Below are positions 21,727 to 30,901 of a stretch of 64,000 bases of DNA, in pieces. Numbering within the stretch: the first letter of the stretch is position 1; every line of letters begins with the position of its first letter. The notes below the pieces were generated by a model. The model saw nothing but the letters and a program-made list of their open reading frames with translations, was not told where the DNA came from and did no database searches. The translations under genes and the position numbers were made by a program. Source of the stretch: Calothrix sp. NIES-2098 (GTDB lineage Bacteria; Cyanobacteriota; Cyanobacteriia; Cyanobacteriales; Nostocaceae); the NCBI GenBank assembly GCA_002368175.1, contig AP018172.1:285599-349598 (forward strand), in the 5' to 3' direction.

Positions 21727-21840
21727 TCCCAATTTTGCCCAAATCAACTAACAGATACAAACTTTAAAACCCGATTTTTAACTTAATCCTAAATATTCAA
21801 TGTTTACCTAAAAGAATTTTAGATTTACGAGGATAAATTA

Positions 21841-24800
21841 ATGATGAATCTGCAAAAAGAACTACCTATATCGAGTTTGTCTTGTTTCGTAGTCGGTGAT
21901 GGTGTTCTGCCATTAAGTTGCTTGGAAATTCTGTTACAGAAAGGTTGGCAAGTGCTGGGAATTTATTCAATGGATAATTCCTTGCAAAAGTGGGCGCAAG
22001 AACATGGCATCAACCACGCTGCTTCTCGAACCGATTTTAACGCACAACTTTTGAGCAACCAGTACGATTATCTTTTCAGCATTAATAATGTCAAGTGGAT
22101 TATTCCCGCTGATGTAATTGCCCAGGCACGCAAAGCAACCATTAACTACCACGACTCACCATTGCCAAAGTATGCTGGCTTGTATGCGACTTCTTGGGCT
22201 TTGCTGAATGGTGAAACCAATCATGCTGTCACCTGGCACGAAGTTACCTGTGAAATTGATGCCGGACGGATATTAAAACAGCAAGAAGTGCCAATTTTGG
22301 CAGATGATACCGTATTTATGCTGAATACTCGCTGCTTCGATGCCGCAGTCAAATCTTTTGACGAACTGGTAACGGAATTAGCAACAGATAAAGTGCAGCC
22401 TTATCCCCAGGATCTATCTCAACGGAGTTATTTTGGCCTCAGCGATCGCCCACCCTCAGCGGGGATAATATCATTTGATGACAGTAGTAAAGATATTTGT
22501 AACCTGGTCAGAGCGCTAGAGTTTGGGCCAGTTGCCAACCAACTAGGTGTGGCTAAACTTTGGTTGCCAGGAGGAGTAGTTGCTGTAGGATCTGCCCGTT
22601 TAACCAAAACTTCCCAAGGCATTCCCGGACAGGTGCTGAATCTAGATGCCGATGGGTTGCACGTTGCTACCGTGGATGGCGCGGTGCAATTGAGTAAGTT
22701 CGCTACTTTAAATGGCAAAGAACTCTCTGTAGACAACTTGAGTGAAGATTATGGTGTGGTAGTCGGTAATGTTTTACCTGTAATTGATGCCGCTACCAAA
22801 GATGCAATTAGCCAGCGTAATGCTGCTATCTGTCGTTATGAAACGACATGGGCAGAACGGTTAAAGACATTAGCGCCGTTTCAGCATCCTTATTTACCAG
22901 TGGAACTATCTAGCCAAACAGGAGATAGTCCCCTGCACCGTTATTCCATCTCGCTACCAACTCCACAGCTAGAGCCGAAATCCCTGTTAACAATGTTTGC
23001 CGCCTACTGTGCGCGGCTGACAACCGAGGCAGAATTTGACTTAGGGCTGCAAACCAACGCACAGCGCAGCATTGCACCAGAGATATTTGCCCAACGGGTG
23101 CCGATCCGCATTCAAGTGCAGCCTGAAGAGTCGTTCGATCGATTCCAAGAACGGCTGACAGTGGATCTAGATCGGACATCGCGGCTGGGTAGTTTTAGAA
23201 ATAGCTTGTTAAGACGTTATCCAGAACTGCAAGCAAATTCTCAAAATCATTTTCTCCCGGTAGCGATCGCTCTAGTTCCCAGCCCCGATCGACTCGATTG
23301 GCAGCATCTCAATGCAACTATTGCCTTGGTGGCTTACGAAGATGGTAGCTTACCAGAAGTGGTACATACAGGCGCAATTAATGACTTTTACAGTCAGGCG
23401 ATCGCCCAACAACTTCAGAGTTTAATCGCTGCGTGCATTGAGCATCCCCAACAACCTCTGGCGCAACTACCACTACTTTCCGCAGCCGAACAGCAGCAAA
23501 TTTTGGTGGAGTGGAACCAGACAGCACAACCCTTTCCCAGCTATCTGTGCATCCACGAGCTATTTGAGCAGCAAGCAGCCAAAACTCCGGATGCGATCGC
23601 TGTTGTTTTTGGCGCGCAACAGCTCACCTACCGAGAATTAAATGAAAAAGCCAATCAACTAGCCCACTATCTGCGGCTTTGTGGAGTTGGCCCCGATGTT
23701 TTGGTAGGTTTGCACGTGGAGCGATCGCTGGAAATGATAATTGCGTTACAGGGAATCCACAAAGCCGGTGGCGCATATCTGCCCCTTGACCCCGACTTTC
23801 CCCACGATCGGCTGGCTTTCATGTTGCAAGATTCTCAAACGCCAGTTATCGTGACGCAGCAGAAGTTGATTTCCAATTTGCAGGTGGAACGCGATGTTCG
23901 CATTGTTCCCATAGATACGATGTGGAGCGAAATTGCCCAACAACCTACCAGCAATCCCCATAGTGGAGTTAAACCGGAGAATTTAAGCTACATCATCTAC
24001 ACTTCCGGTTCCACAGGTAAGCCCAAGGGCGTGATGGTAGAGCATCGCAATGTAGTCAACTTCTTTACTGGTATGGATGATGTAATTGATCGCGATCCAC
24101 TAGGAGTCTGGTTGGCAGTCACCAGTTTATCCTTCGATATTTCCGTATTGGAACTATTCTGGACTCTGGCGCGGGGCTTTAAGGTCGTCATCTATAATCC
24201 CAAGGCAGAACGCGCCCGTTCTACTTCCCAGAAGTTAAAGCTACAACATGAATCGAAAACCATCGATTTTAGTCTGTTTTACTTCTCCAGCCACGAACAA
24301 GGCGAAGATGCCGCTGCCAAGTATCGGCTATTATTTGAAGGTAGCAAATTTGCCGATCGCAACGGGTTTACTGCTATCTGGACTCCCGAACGCCACTTCC
24401 ACGCCTTTGGTGGCTTATTCCCCAACCCCGCCCTCACCAGTGCCGCGATCGCCACAGTTACCAACCAGATTCAAATACGCGCTGGTAGTTGTGTGTCTCC
24501 ATTACATAGCCCAGTGCGTATTGCCGAAGATTGGTCTGTAGTCGATAACTTCTCCCGCGGTCGAGTAGGCATCTCCTTCGCCGCTGGCTGGCAACCCAAT
24601 GACTTTGTGCTGCGTCCCGAAACCTTTGAGAACCGTAAAGACATCATGTTCCAGCAAATTGAGGAGGTACGGGCACTCTGGCGCGGGGAAACTGTCAACT
24701 ATCCCAACGGTAAGGGAGAAATGGTGGCAGTGCAGACACTTCCGCGTCCGATTCAGCCCGAACTCCCAATCTGGATTACAGCAGCAAGCAATCCGGAAAC

Positions 24801-26454
24801 ATTCCAGATGGCAGGAGCCAAAGGCTATCATATCTTGACCCATCTGCTAGGGCAAAGCCTGGAAGAGTTAGCAGCGAAAATTGCCATTTATCGTCAAGCC
24901 TGGGCAGAAAATGGTCATCCCGGTAAAGGCACTGTCACCCTGATGCTGCACACTTTCGTCGGGGAAAATGATGATGCAGTCAAAGAAATTGTCCGTCAGC
25001 CGATGCGGCATTACCTGGCTAGTTCTCTCGATTTGATTAAAAAAGCCGCTTGGTCATTCCCGACGTTTAAGCAGAAAACTACTAACGACAACGGTCAATT
25101 CTCGGTATCTCATCTATCTGACCGAGATAAGGATGAAGTGTTGGACTTCTCCTTTGAGCGTTACTTTGAAACTAGCGGTTTGTTTGGCACAATAGAAACC
25201 TGTTTGCAGATGGTCGATCGCATCAAAGGTATTGATGTCGATGAAATTTCCTGCCTTATTGATTATGGTGTCGAGACAGAAAAAGTATTAGCCCAATTGC
25301 CACTGCTGAATCAGGTGAAAGCACAAGCCAATGGCCAGGCAGGAAATCCAGAGCAGACACAAGATTACTCTATAGCTGACCTCATCAAGCAGCATCAAGC
25401 CACCCATCTGCAATGCACGCCATCAATGGCTAGTATGCTGATTGCCGATAGCACGGCTCGCGAAGCTATAAGACAGATAAAGACGATGATGGTTGGCGGT
25501 GAAGCCTTTACCGAAGCCTTAGCCGAGCAACTCAAACAAATTATTCCGGGGCAGATTCACAATATGTACGGCCCCACAGAAACCACCATCTGGTCTACAA
25601 CTCATACGCTGACAGAGGTGAATGGAGTGGTGCCCATTGGCAGAGCGATCGCCAACACTGAGTTGTACATTCTAGATAAGCATCGGCAACCCGTGCCAGT
25701 AGGCATGGCGGGCGAACTACTCATCGGTGGTAAAGGAGTGACTCGCGGCTATCTCAACAGGCCAGAGTTAACCCAAGAAAGGTTTATTCCCAATCCCTTC
25801 AACAACAATCCAGAGGATCGCCTTTACCGTACCGGAGACTTGGTGCGTTACCGCATGGATGGCAATCTAGAGTTTTTAGGACGCATAGACTTTCAGGTAA
25901 AAGTCCGGGGCTACCGGATTGAACTGGGAGAAATTGAGACGATTTTAAGCCGACATGAGGCAGTGCGAGAAGCCGTAATTGTGGTTCGTGAAGATGTGCC
26001 TGGGGACAAGCGCCTTGTCGCCTATATATTGCCACAACCGGGAAATCAACCCGCCCATGCCACTCTGCGAGAATATCTACTCTCCCAATTGCCAGAGTAC
26101 ATGGTGCCCTCTAATTTCGTCGTGCTGGAAGCATTTCCTCTGACACCAAACAATAAAGTTGACCGCAAGGCATTACCTGCTCCGATCGCGGTGCTACAGG
26201 ATAGCGAGCCTGTCAGAACCACAATGCCTCAAACCGAAATTGAGCAAACCCTGACTGAAATCTGGCAGAAAGTGCTGCAAGTCTCGCAAGTGGGAATCAA
26301 AGACAACTTCTTCGATCTGGGGGGAAATTCCTTAGTTGCAGTCACATTAATGTCGGAAATTCGCTCCGCGTTTAATGTCAACTTACCCTTGATTAGCTTG
26401 TTCCGATCTCCCACCATACCCGGAATTGCCAAAGAGATTGAGGTATGTACATGA
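21841..26454 (+). CDS. NRPS-like protein: formyltransferase domain, partial (C-terminal) condensation domain, adenylation domain with an inserted luciferase-like monooxygenase (LLM) domain, and PCP
   Basis: Residues 1-300 carry Fmt/ArnA-like motifs (HDSPLPKYAGL, Fmt C-terminal domain). LPLLSAAEQQQILVEWNQT is a C-A linker. A-domain motifs: A3 LSYIIYTSGSTGKPKGV, A4 FDISVLELF, then about 450 aa of LLM (FSLFYFSS...GISFAAGWQPNDF...LMLHTFVGEND), then A5 NMYGPTETT, A7 YRTGDL, A8 GRIDFQVKVRGYRIELGEIE. The PCP motif is FFDLGGNSL. Confidence 0.8.
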   Translation: MMNLQKELPISSLSCFVVGDGVLPLSCLEILLQKGWQVLGIYSMDNSLQKWAQEHGINHAASRTDFNAQLLSNQYDYLFSINNVKWIIPADVIAQARKATINYHDSPLPKYAGLYATSWALLNGETNHAVTWHEVTCEIDAGRILKQQEVPILADDTVFMLNTRCFDAAVKSFDELVTELATDKVQPYPQDLSQRSYFGLSDRPPSAGIISFDDSSKDICNLVRALEFGPVANQLGVAKLWLPGGVVAVGSARLTKTSQGIPGQVLNLDADGLHVATVDGAVQLSKFATLNGKELSVDNLSEDYGVVVGNVLPVIDAATKDAISQRNAAICRYETTWAERLKTLAPFQHPYLPVELSSQTGDSPLHRYSISLPTPQLEPKSLLTMFAAYCARLTTEAEFDLGLQTNAQRSIAPEIFAQRVPIRIQVQPEESFDRFQERLTVDLDRTSRLGSFRNSLLRRYPELQANSQNHFLPVAIALVPSPDRLDWQHLNATIALVAYEDGSLPEVVHTGAINDFYSQAIAQQLQSLIAACIEHPQQPLAQLPLLSAAEQQQILVEWNQTAQPFPSYLCIHELFEQQAAKTPDAIAVVFGAQQLTYRELNEKANQLAHYLRLCGVGPDVLVGLHVERSLEMIIALQGIHKAGGAYLPLDPDFPHDRLAFMLQDSQTPVIVTQQKLISNLQVERDVRIVPIDTMWSEIAQQPTSNPHSGVKPENLSYIIYTSGSTGKPKGVMVEHRNVVNFFTGMDDVIDRDPLGVWLAVTSLSFDISVLELFWTLARGFKVVIYNPKAERARSTSQKLKLQHESKTIDFSLFYFSSHEQGEDAAAKYRLLFEGSKFADRNGFTAIWTPERHFHAFGGLFPNPALTSAAIATVTNQIQIRAGSCVSPLHSPVRIAEDWSVVDNFSRGRVGISFAAGWQPNDFVLRPETFENRKDIMFQQIEEVRALWRGETVNYPNGKGEMVAVQTLPRPIQPELPIWITAASNPETFQMAGAKGYHILTHLLGQSLEELAAKIAIYRQAWAENGHPGKGTVTLMLHTFVGENDDAVKEIVRQPMRHYLASSLDLIKKAAWSFPTFKQKTTNDNGQFSVSHLSDRDKDEVLDFSFERYFETSGLFGTIETCLQMVDRIKGIDVDEISCLIDYGVETEKVLAQLPLLNQVKAQANGQAGNPEQTQDYSIADLIKQHQATHLQCTPSMASMLIADSTAREAIRQIKTMMVGGEAFTEALAEQLKQIIPGQIHNMYGPTETTIWSTTHTLTEVNGVVPIGRAIANTELYILDKHRQPVPVGMAGELLIGGKGVTRGYLNRPELTQERFIPNPFNNNPEDRLYRTGDLVRYRMDGNLEFLGRIDFQVKVRGYRIELGEIETILSRHEAVREAVIVVREDVPGDKRLVAYILPQPGNQPAHATLREYLLSQLPEYMVPSNFVVLEAFPLTPNNKVDRKALPAPIAVLQDSEPVRTTMPQTEIEQTLTEIWQKVLQVSQVGIKDNFFDLGGNSLVAVTLMSEIRSAFNVNLPLISLFRSPTIPGIAKEIEVCT

Positions 26455-28298
26455 AACTATCCAAAATATTTTTAGCAATTCTCGCACTCATGACTGTAGT
26501 TGTATGTCAAAGCGGTGTATCACAAAAAAATGTGTCAGCTTTAGCAAAAAGAACAGTCATAGATAATGAAAGAGGATTTTACTATGTATCTCCCTATGAT
26601 GGCGACTGGTCAAAAGTAGGGGCTTATATAGGCCTCGCTCATTATAATACTTTCGCAGCCATGAATCGCGAAGCTATAGCCGGAATTCACGGACGGTTTC
26701 AACACTTTCATGCTGATGATGTCAACAGATATGCCTATTTTCCCTACAACGAGTTAAAGAAATACGAAACTGATGAGTTAGCTCGTGGTCGCCCTCCCCT
26801 CTGGATTACTGCTACCTATAACGGTCAAAAGCGACCTGTAATTTTTGAGTGGTTATCAAAAGAAAAAGCGCAGGCAGTAAACTTTACTGACGAACGTTAC
26901 ATTAATTTTTTTATTAATAAATATGTACGTCAGAAACTGCAAAAACAAACCTATCAAAATCTGTGGTTAGGATTGGACAATTGTGCTTTTAAGTACGAAC
27001 TTTATGGCGTGTTCGACGCTCAAGGCAGGTTTGTAAATAACATCAAATGGGATGAGCCATTTCCTCAAAACGATCGGGAATTTTTGCAGGCAGGAAAGTA
27101 TTTCTTTAAACGTTTAAAGGAACTAGCACCGGATATTAAGACAATTTGTAATGAAGGTAGTGTATCCGATGAAAGCCAGTACAATGAAGTTTTTGCCAAT
27201 ACTGACGGAGTAATATTAGAAAATTTCCTCGGCGAGATATATGGCTCAGATGGCGATTATGTCAGGTTGAAATATTATCGTTCTTATCAGCGAATGAAGA
27301 ATTTTGCAGCCAATAAAGTGCAGATTTATCAACCGCGTCTAGACAAGCCAGAAAAAACTATTAGCAGTATGTACCTCGCCTACTTAATTTTTGCAGGAGA
27401 GAATCGCTTTTTCAGCCCTTATAAGAACGATAGCGAGGAAATTGACCCAAAACAGTATGCCGAAATTAAAAACACGCTGGGTGCGCCTACTGCTGAAGCA
27501 AAAGATGAAAAAGAACCGGGTAAAGGTGATGGTTATCGCCTCTATTCGAGAGCTTGTGAAGGTGGAATTGCCTATTTCAATCTGACAGGAAAAACTCAGA
27601 CTATCAATCTACCATCTGGTAAACAATACTTCGATCGCGATGGGAATCTCGTAACGCGCATCAGTATCAAAGATAAAGAAGCAAAATATGTACTCTTTAC
27701 ACCTGGGGCGCGAGTAGCAAAACCTGCCATTAATCCAGTTAGACCCAGCACTGTTAATGGTTCAGTTGCTGTGACGCTCAGTACAACAACTCCTGGTGCA
27801 ACTATTAGGTACACTCTAGATAATAGCGAACCCAATAAAAATTCTCCGATCTACACTAGCCCTATTAAGTTAACTAGTAATGTCACCGTCAAAGCAAAGG
27901 CATTTAGCTTAAATGCCCGTGAAAGCTTTGTTTCTGCTGCTGCTTATAAAATTACCAACCAAATCCCCAGCGCAGAATTCCACTTGAGTTCGGCAAGCGG
28001 TAGTGAATTTATTAATGTAGATTATCCATTGGTAAAACTGAGTAATCCATCAGCAGAACCTGTAACAATTAACTACTCAGTGACAGGTGGCACGGCTAGC
28101 GTTGATGTAGACTACAAGATGGTAACTGGCACGCTGACATTCATGCCAGGAGAAATATACAAGTACTTTCCGATTGCAATAATCAATGACAATAAAGCAG
28201 AAAATAATGAGACTATAAAAGTGACGCTCTCTAGCGCCAAAAATTCAACCTTGGGAAGTAACAAATCATATACATATACCATCAACGATAACGATTAA
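26451..28298 (+). CDS. secreted protein with C-terminal Fn3/chitobiase-like and Calx-beta domains; N-terminal domain unknown (possible glycoside-hydrolase-like)
   Basis: Signal peptide MKLSKIFLAILALMTVVVC. C-terminus VDVDYKMVTGTLTF...NDNKAENNETIKVTL is Calx-beta-like. The ATG overlaps the NRPS-like gene's TGA (ATGA). Confidence 0.45.
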   Translation: MKLSKIFLAILALMTVVVCQSGVSQKNVSALAKRTVIDNERGFYYVSPYDGDWSKVGAYIGLAHYNTFAAMNREAIAGIHGRFQHFHADDVNRYAYFPYNELKKYETDELARGRPPLWITATYNGQKRPVIFEWLSKEKAQAVNFTDERYINFFINKYVRQKLQKQTYQNLWLGLDNCAFKYELYGVFDAQGRFVNNIKWDEPFPQNDREFLQAGKYFFKRLKELAPDIKTICNEGSVSDESQYNEVFANTDGVILENFLGEIYGSDGDYVRLKYYRSYQRMKNFAANKVQIYQPRLDKPEKTISSMYLAYLIFAGENRFFSPYKNDSEEIDPKQYAEIKNTLGAPTAEAKDEKEPGKGDGYRLYSRACEGGIAYFNLTGKTQTINLPSGKQYFDRDGNLVTRISIKDKEAKYVLFTPGARVAKPAINPVRPSTVNGSVAVTLSTTTPGATIRYTLDNSEPNKNSPIYTSPIKLTSNVTVKAKAFSLNARESFVSAAAYKITNQIPSAEFHLSSASGSEFINVDYPLVKLSNPSAEPVTINYSVTGGTASVDVDYKMVTGTLTFMPGEIYKYFPIAIINDNKAENNETIKVTLSSAKNSTLGSNKSYTYTINDND

Positions 28299-28385
28299 AG
28301 GAGGGTAATTAATAAGTTTTCAATCGGGAAAATATGATAAAAACAATTAGGTTGATGGTGTTTTTCTACGAAAAGACAGGGGCAC

Positions 28386-29006
28386 ATGAGTAACCAAAGA
28401 ATCGGGATAATCGGAGCTGGAGGCCATGCCAAAGTTGTAGCAAGTACGGCGATTGCTGCGGGATACAAAGTGGTAGGTTTTTATGACGATGACCCACAAA
28501 CATGGGGCAGTCATATTTTTGACATCCCCGTTGTTGGGCCAATTAGCGAGCTGACGTCTCAAAGTTGTTCTCATGCAATCCTGGGTATAGGCTCTAACGA
28601 AGTCCGGAAGCGTCTGGCAGAAAAGCTCAATCTTGAGTGGATTACTGTGGTTCATCCCTTCGCTTGGGTTCATCCCGAAGTTTCATTAGGTGTAGGTACA
28701 GTTGTTTGTGCAGGTGCAATAGTTCAGCCCTATGCACAAATTGGTTCCCATGTGATTCTGAATACTAAGGCCAGCGTCGATCATGACTGCTATGTAGGAG
28801 ATTACGTACATATAGCTGTGTCCCATTTGGCAGGTGGTGCATCCGCAGAAGAGGGTGCATTTCTGGCGCTGGGTAGCGTTGTGTTTCCTGGTGTTCGGGT
28901 TGGAGCTTGGGCTACGGTGGGTGCAGGGGCAATAGCGAGAAAAGACGTGCCGCCAAAAACCATCGTAGCAGGGGTGCCTGCCAGAGTAATTAGAGAAGTT
29001 TCGTAG
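28386..29006 (+). CDS. hexapeptide-repeat sugar acyltransferase, NeuD/PglD/PglB family
   Basis: MSNQRIGIIGAGGHAKVV Rossmann-like N-terminus, then beta-helix repeats (IVQPYAQIGSHVILNTKASVDHDCYVGDYVHI). Confidence 0.75.
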   Translation: MSNQRIGIIGAGGHAKVVASTAIAAGYKVVGFYDDDPQTWGSHIFDIPVVGPISELTSQSCSHAILGIGSNEVRKRLAEKLNLEWITVVHPFAWVHPEVSLGVGTVVCAGAIVQPYAQIGSHVILNTKASVDHDCYVGDYVHIAVSHLAGGASAEEGAFLALGSVVFPGVRVGAWATVGAGAIARKDVPPKTIVAGVPARVIREVS

Positions 29007-29077
29007 TAGGTCAATAGGCTCAAATTGAGGAGCCTGACGATGTGTTCCCATAAGTGATTTCTGAATTTAATTAAAAT

Positions 29078-29160
29078 CGTGACTCAACAAATTCTGCTTT
29101 CAACTCTTTACATGGGCGATCGCAAACTAGAATGCGTCAAAGTAGCCTTTGACACTAAGG
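29078..29160 (+). pseudogene. decayed duplicate of the 5' end of the downstream DegT-family aminotransferase gene
   Basis: 29086-29157 is about 85% identical at the DNA level to 30905-30978. It encodes QQILLSTLYMGDRKLECVKVAFDT versus KQILLSTPHMGDRELEFVQEAFAT, then diverges and stops after about 55 codons. Confidence 0.6.
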
Positions 29161-29353
29161 GGAACGCTCGTCTTAGCCCTGTTGTAATAGTTGGAAGCAA
29201 GAATTTGTGTACCTGCTGTGAGTTTTCATACCACAGCGCTGCATGAGGCTGGCAATTAGTTGGCCTGAGCGATTGAGAATGAGGATTAAAAAATACTTGA
29301 TTAGATTTGCCAGTTAAGCTCTCAAAGCAACCAAATACCAAGAAGTTAACAAT

Positions 29354-30892
29354 ATGAAGATTACTTCTTTAGGTCACGCAGGTCTCCAGCTAGAACTCAA
29401 AAGTGCTAAATTACTGGTCGATCCGTGGCTTTCTCCAGAGGGAGCGTTTTTAAGTTCGTGGTTTCAATATCCTGATAACCAACATTTGATGGCATCTCTA
29501 GCGCTGCAACCAACTGCGATCGCTCTTTCTCACGAGCATTTAGACCACGTCGATCCTTGGTTTCTCGCCCAACTACCACCAGAGACACCGACGATTATTC
29601 CCCGTTATCCCTCGCCAGTATTAAAACAGAAAATTGCCGCAGCTGGACTAAAGAACATTATAGAAGTACCGCAGTGGCAATCAATACAAATAACTGAAGA
29701 AATTAGCGTGTTCTTTGTCTCAGAAGAGTCACCGATGAACCACGATTCAGCTGTGGTAATTGTGGGTGAGGGACAGACACTCATCAATCTCAATGATGCG
29801 CGCTTGTCAGTAGCTCAACTACGCAACATCCGTACTAAAGTGGGTGGAGTAATTGATGTGTTAGCACTGCAAGGTGCAGGAGCTTCTTGGTATCCTATCT
29901 GCTATGAGTACCCAGAAAGCCGCAAAAAAGAACTTTCCCAGCGCAAGCGCATAGCTAAGTTCAACTATCTCAAACGAGCGATCGCAGCTGTTGAACCAGT
30001 CAATATTATTCCTTTTGCCGGGCCTCCTTGTTTTCTAGATGCAGAACTGACTTGGGTAAATGCTGAGATGGAAGAGGGCATTTTTCCCGATCTAGAGCAG
30101 GTAATAAATTGGCTCAAAGAGAGAGAAATTCACAATACTGTGAGTTTGCTACCAGGTGATGCTTTTGATATCGCTAGCAAGCAAAAACAAGCCGATCCGA
30201 TCTGGAGTGATTTTTGCTTTAGTCAGCGTGCTTCTTACCTCAAAGACTATGCTGCGCGTAGAACTGCCAACATTGCCGCCTTGAAAGCTCGTTATCCCCA
30301 ACCTACCGAGTCTCTTTACCCGCCATTCCGAGACTATTTTCAGAACTTATTAGCAATGAGTCCCTACTTCAACAGTAAAATTGGGATGCGAATTGGCTTT
30401 GAGATTACAGGCCCGGGTGGAGGAAAATGGGCAGTCGATTTTCGCTCTGGGAAAGAAGGAGTGGATGACGAGATGGGTGAATGTAGCTATGGATATCGTT
30501 TCGCATCAAGATGGCTACCTTCATTATTGGATGGTTCCTTACCTTGGGAAGACTTTTTTCTATCTTTACGATTTGAGGTATGGCGAAATCCAGATATCTA
30601 TAATGACCATCTTTTAGGACTCCTGAAATTTGCTTGTCCCCAATCCTTGCAAGCTGTGGAAGAATACGAAAATGCAATGGATTCCCAAGAGCAGATTACA
30701 ATTCACTGCGAAGGAGATAATTACTTAGTACAGCGCCATTGTCCCCATGCAGGTTTTGACTTGCAGGAGGTAGGAGAAGTATTACCTGGAGGAATTTTGC
30801 GCTGTTTAGGTCATCATTACGAGTTTGATTTAAATACAGGAAAATGCCTCAACGGCAAATGCAACTTACTTAGCAGCAAGCGGATTAATTAG
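29354..30892 (+). CDS. metallo-beta-lactamase-fold protein fused to a C-terminal Rieske [2Fe-2S] domain
   Basis: N-terminus MKITSLGHAGLQLE...LLVDPW and HEHLDHVD are the MBL motif. The C-terminus has CPHAG...CLGHHYEF, a Rieske CxH...CxxH arrangement. Confidence 0.65.
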   Translation: MKITSLGHAGLQLELKSAKLLVDPWLSPEGAFLSSWFQYPDNQHLMASLALQPTAIALSHEHLDHVDPWFLAQLPPETPTIIPRYPSPVLKQKIAAAGLKNIIEVPQWQSIQITEEISVFFVSEESPMNHDSAVVIVGEGQTLINLNDARLSVAQLRNIRTKVGGVIDVLALQGAGASWYPICYEYPESRKKELSQRKRIAKFNYLKRAIAAVEPVNIIPFAGPPCFLDAELTWVNAEMEEGIFPDLEQVINWLKEREIHNTVSLLPGDAFDIASKQKQADPIWSDFCFSQRASYLKDYAARRTANIAALKARYPQPTESLYPPFRDYFQNLLAMSPYFNSKIGMRIGFEITGPGGGKWAVDFRSGKEGVDDEMGECSYGYRFASRWLPSLLDGSLPWEDFFLSLRFEVWRNPDIYNDHLLGLLKFACPQSLQAVEEYENAMDSQEQITIHCEGDNYLVQRHCPHAGFDLQEVGEVLPGGILRCLGHHYEFDLNTGKCLNGKCNLLSSKRIN

Positions 30893-30901
30893 GTGATGCA
30901 A

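Noticed and set aside
21967-26432. Numerous 60-113-aa ORFs on the minus strand, and out-of-frame plus ORFs, inside the NRPS-like gene (e.g. 22428-22736, 24502-24843, 25799-26035)
   Set aside because: They lie wholly within a long, motif-rich coding frame and are low-complexity Ala/Arg/Pro-rich shadow ORFs typical of the antisense of GC-richer coding DNA.
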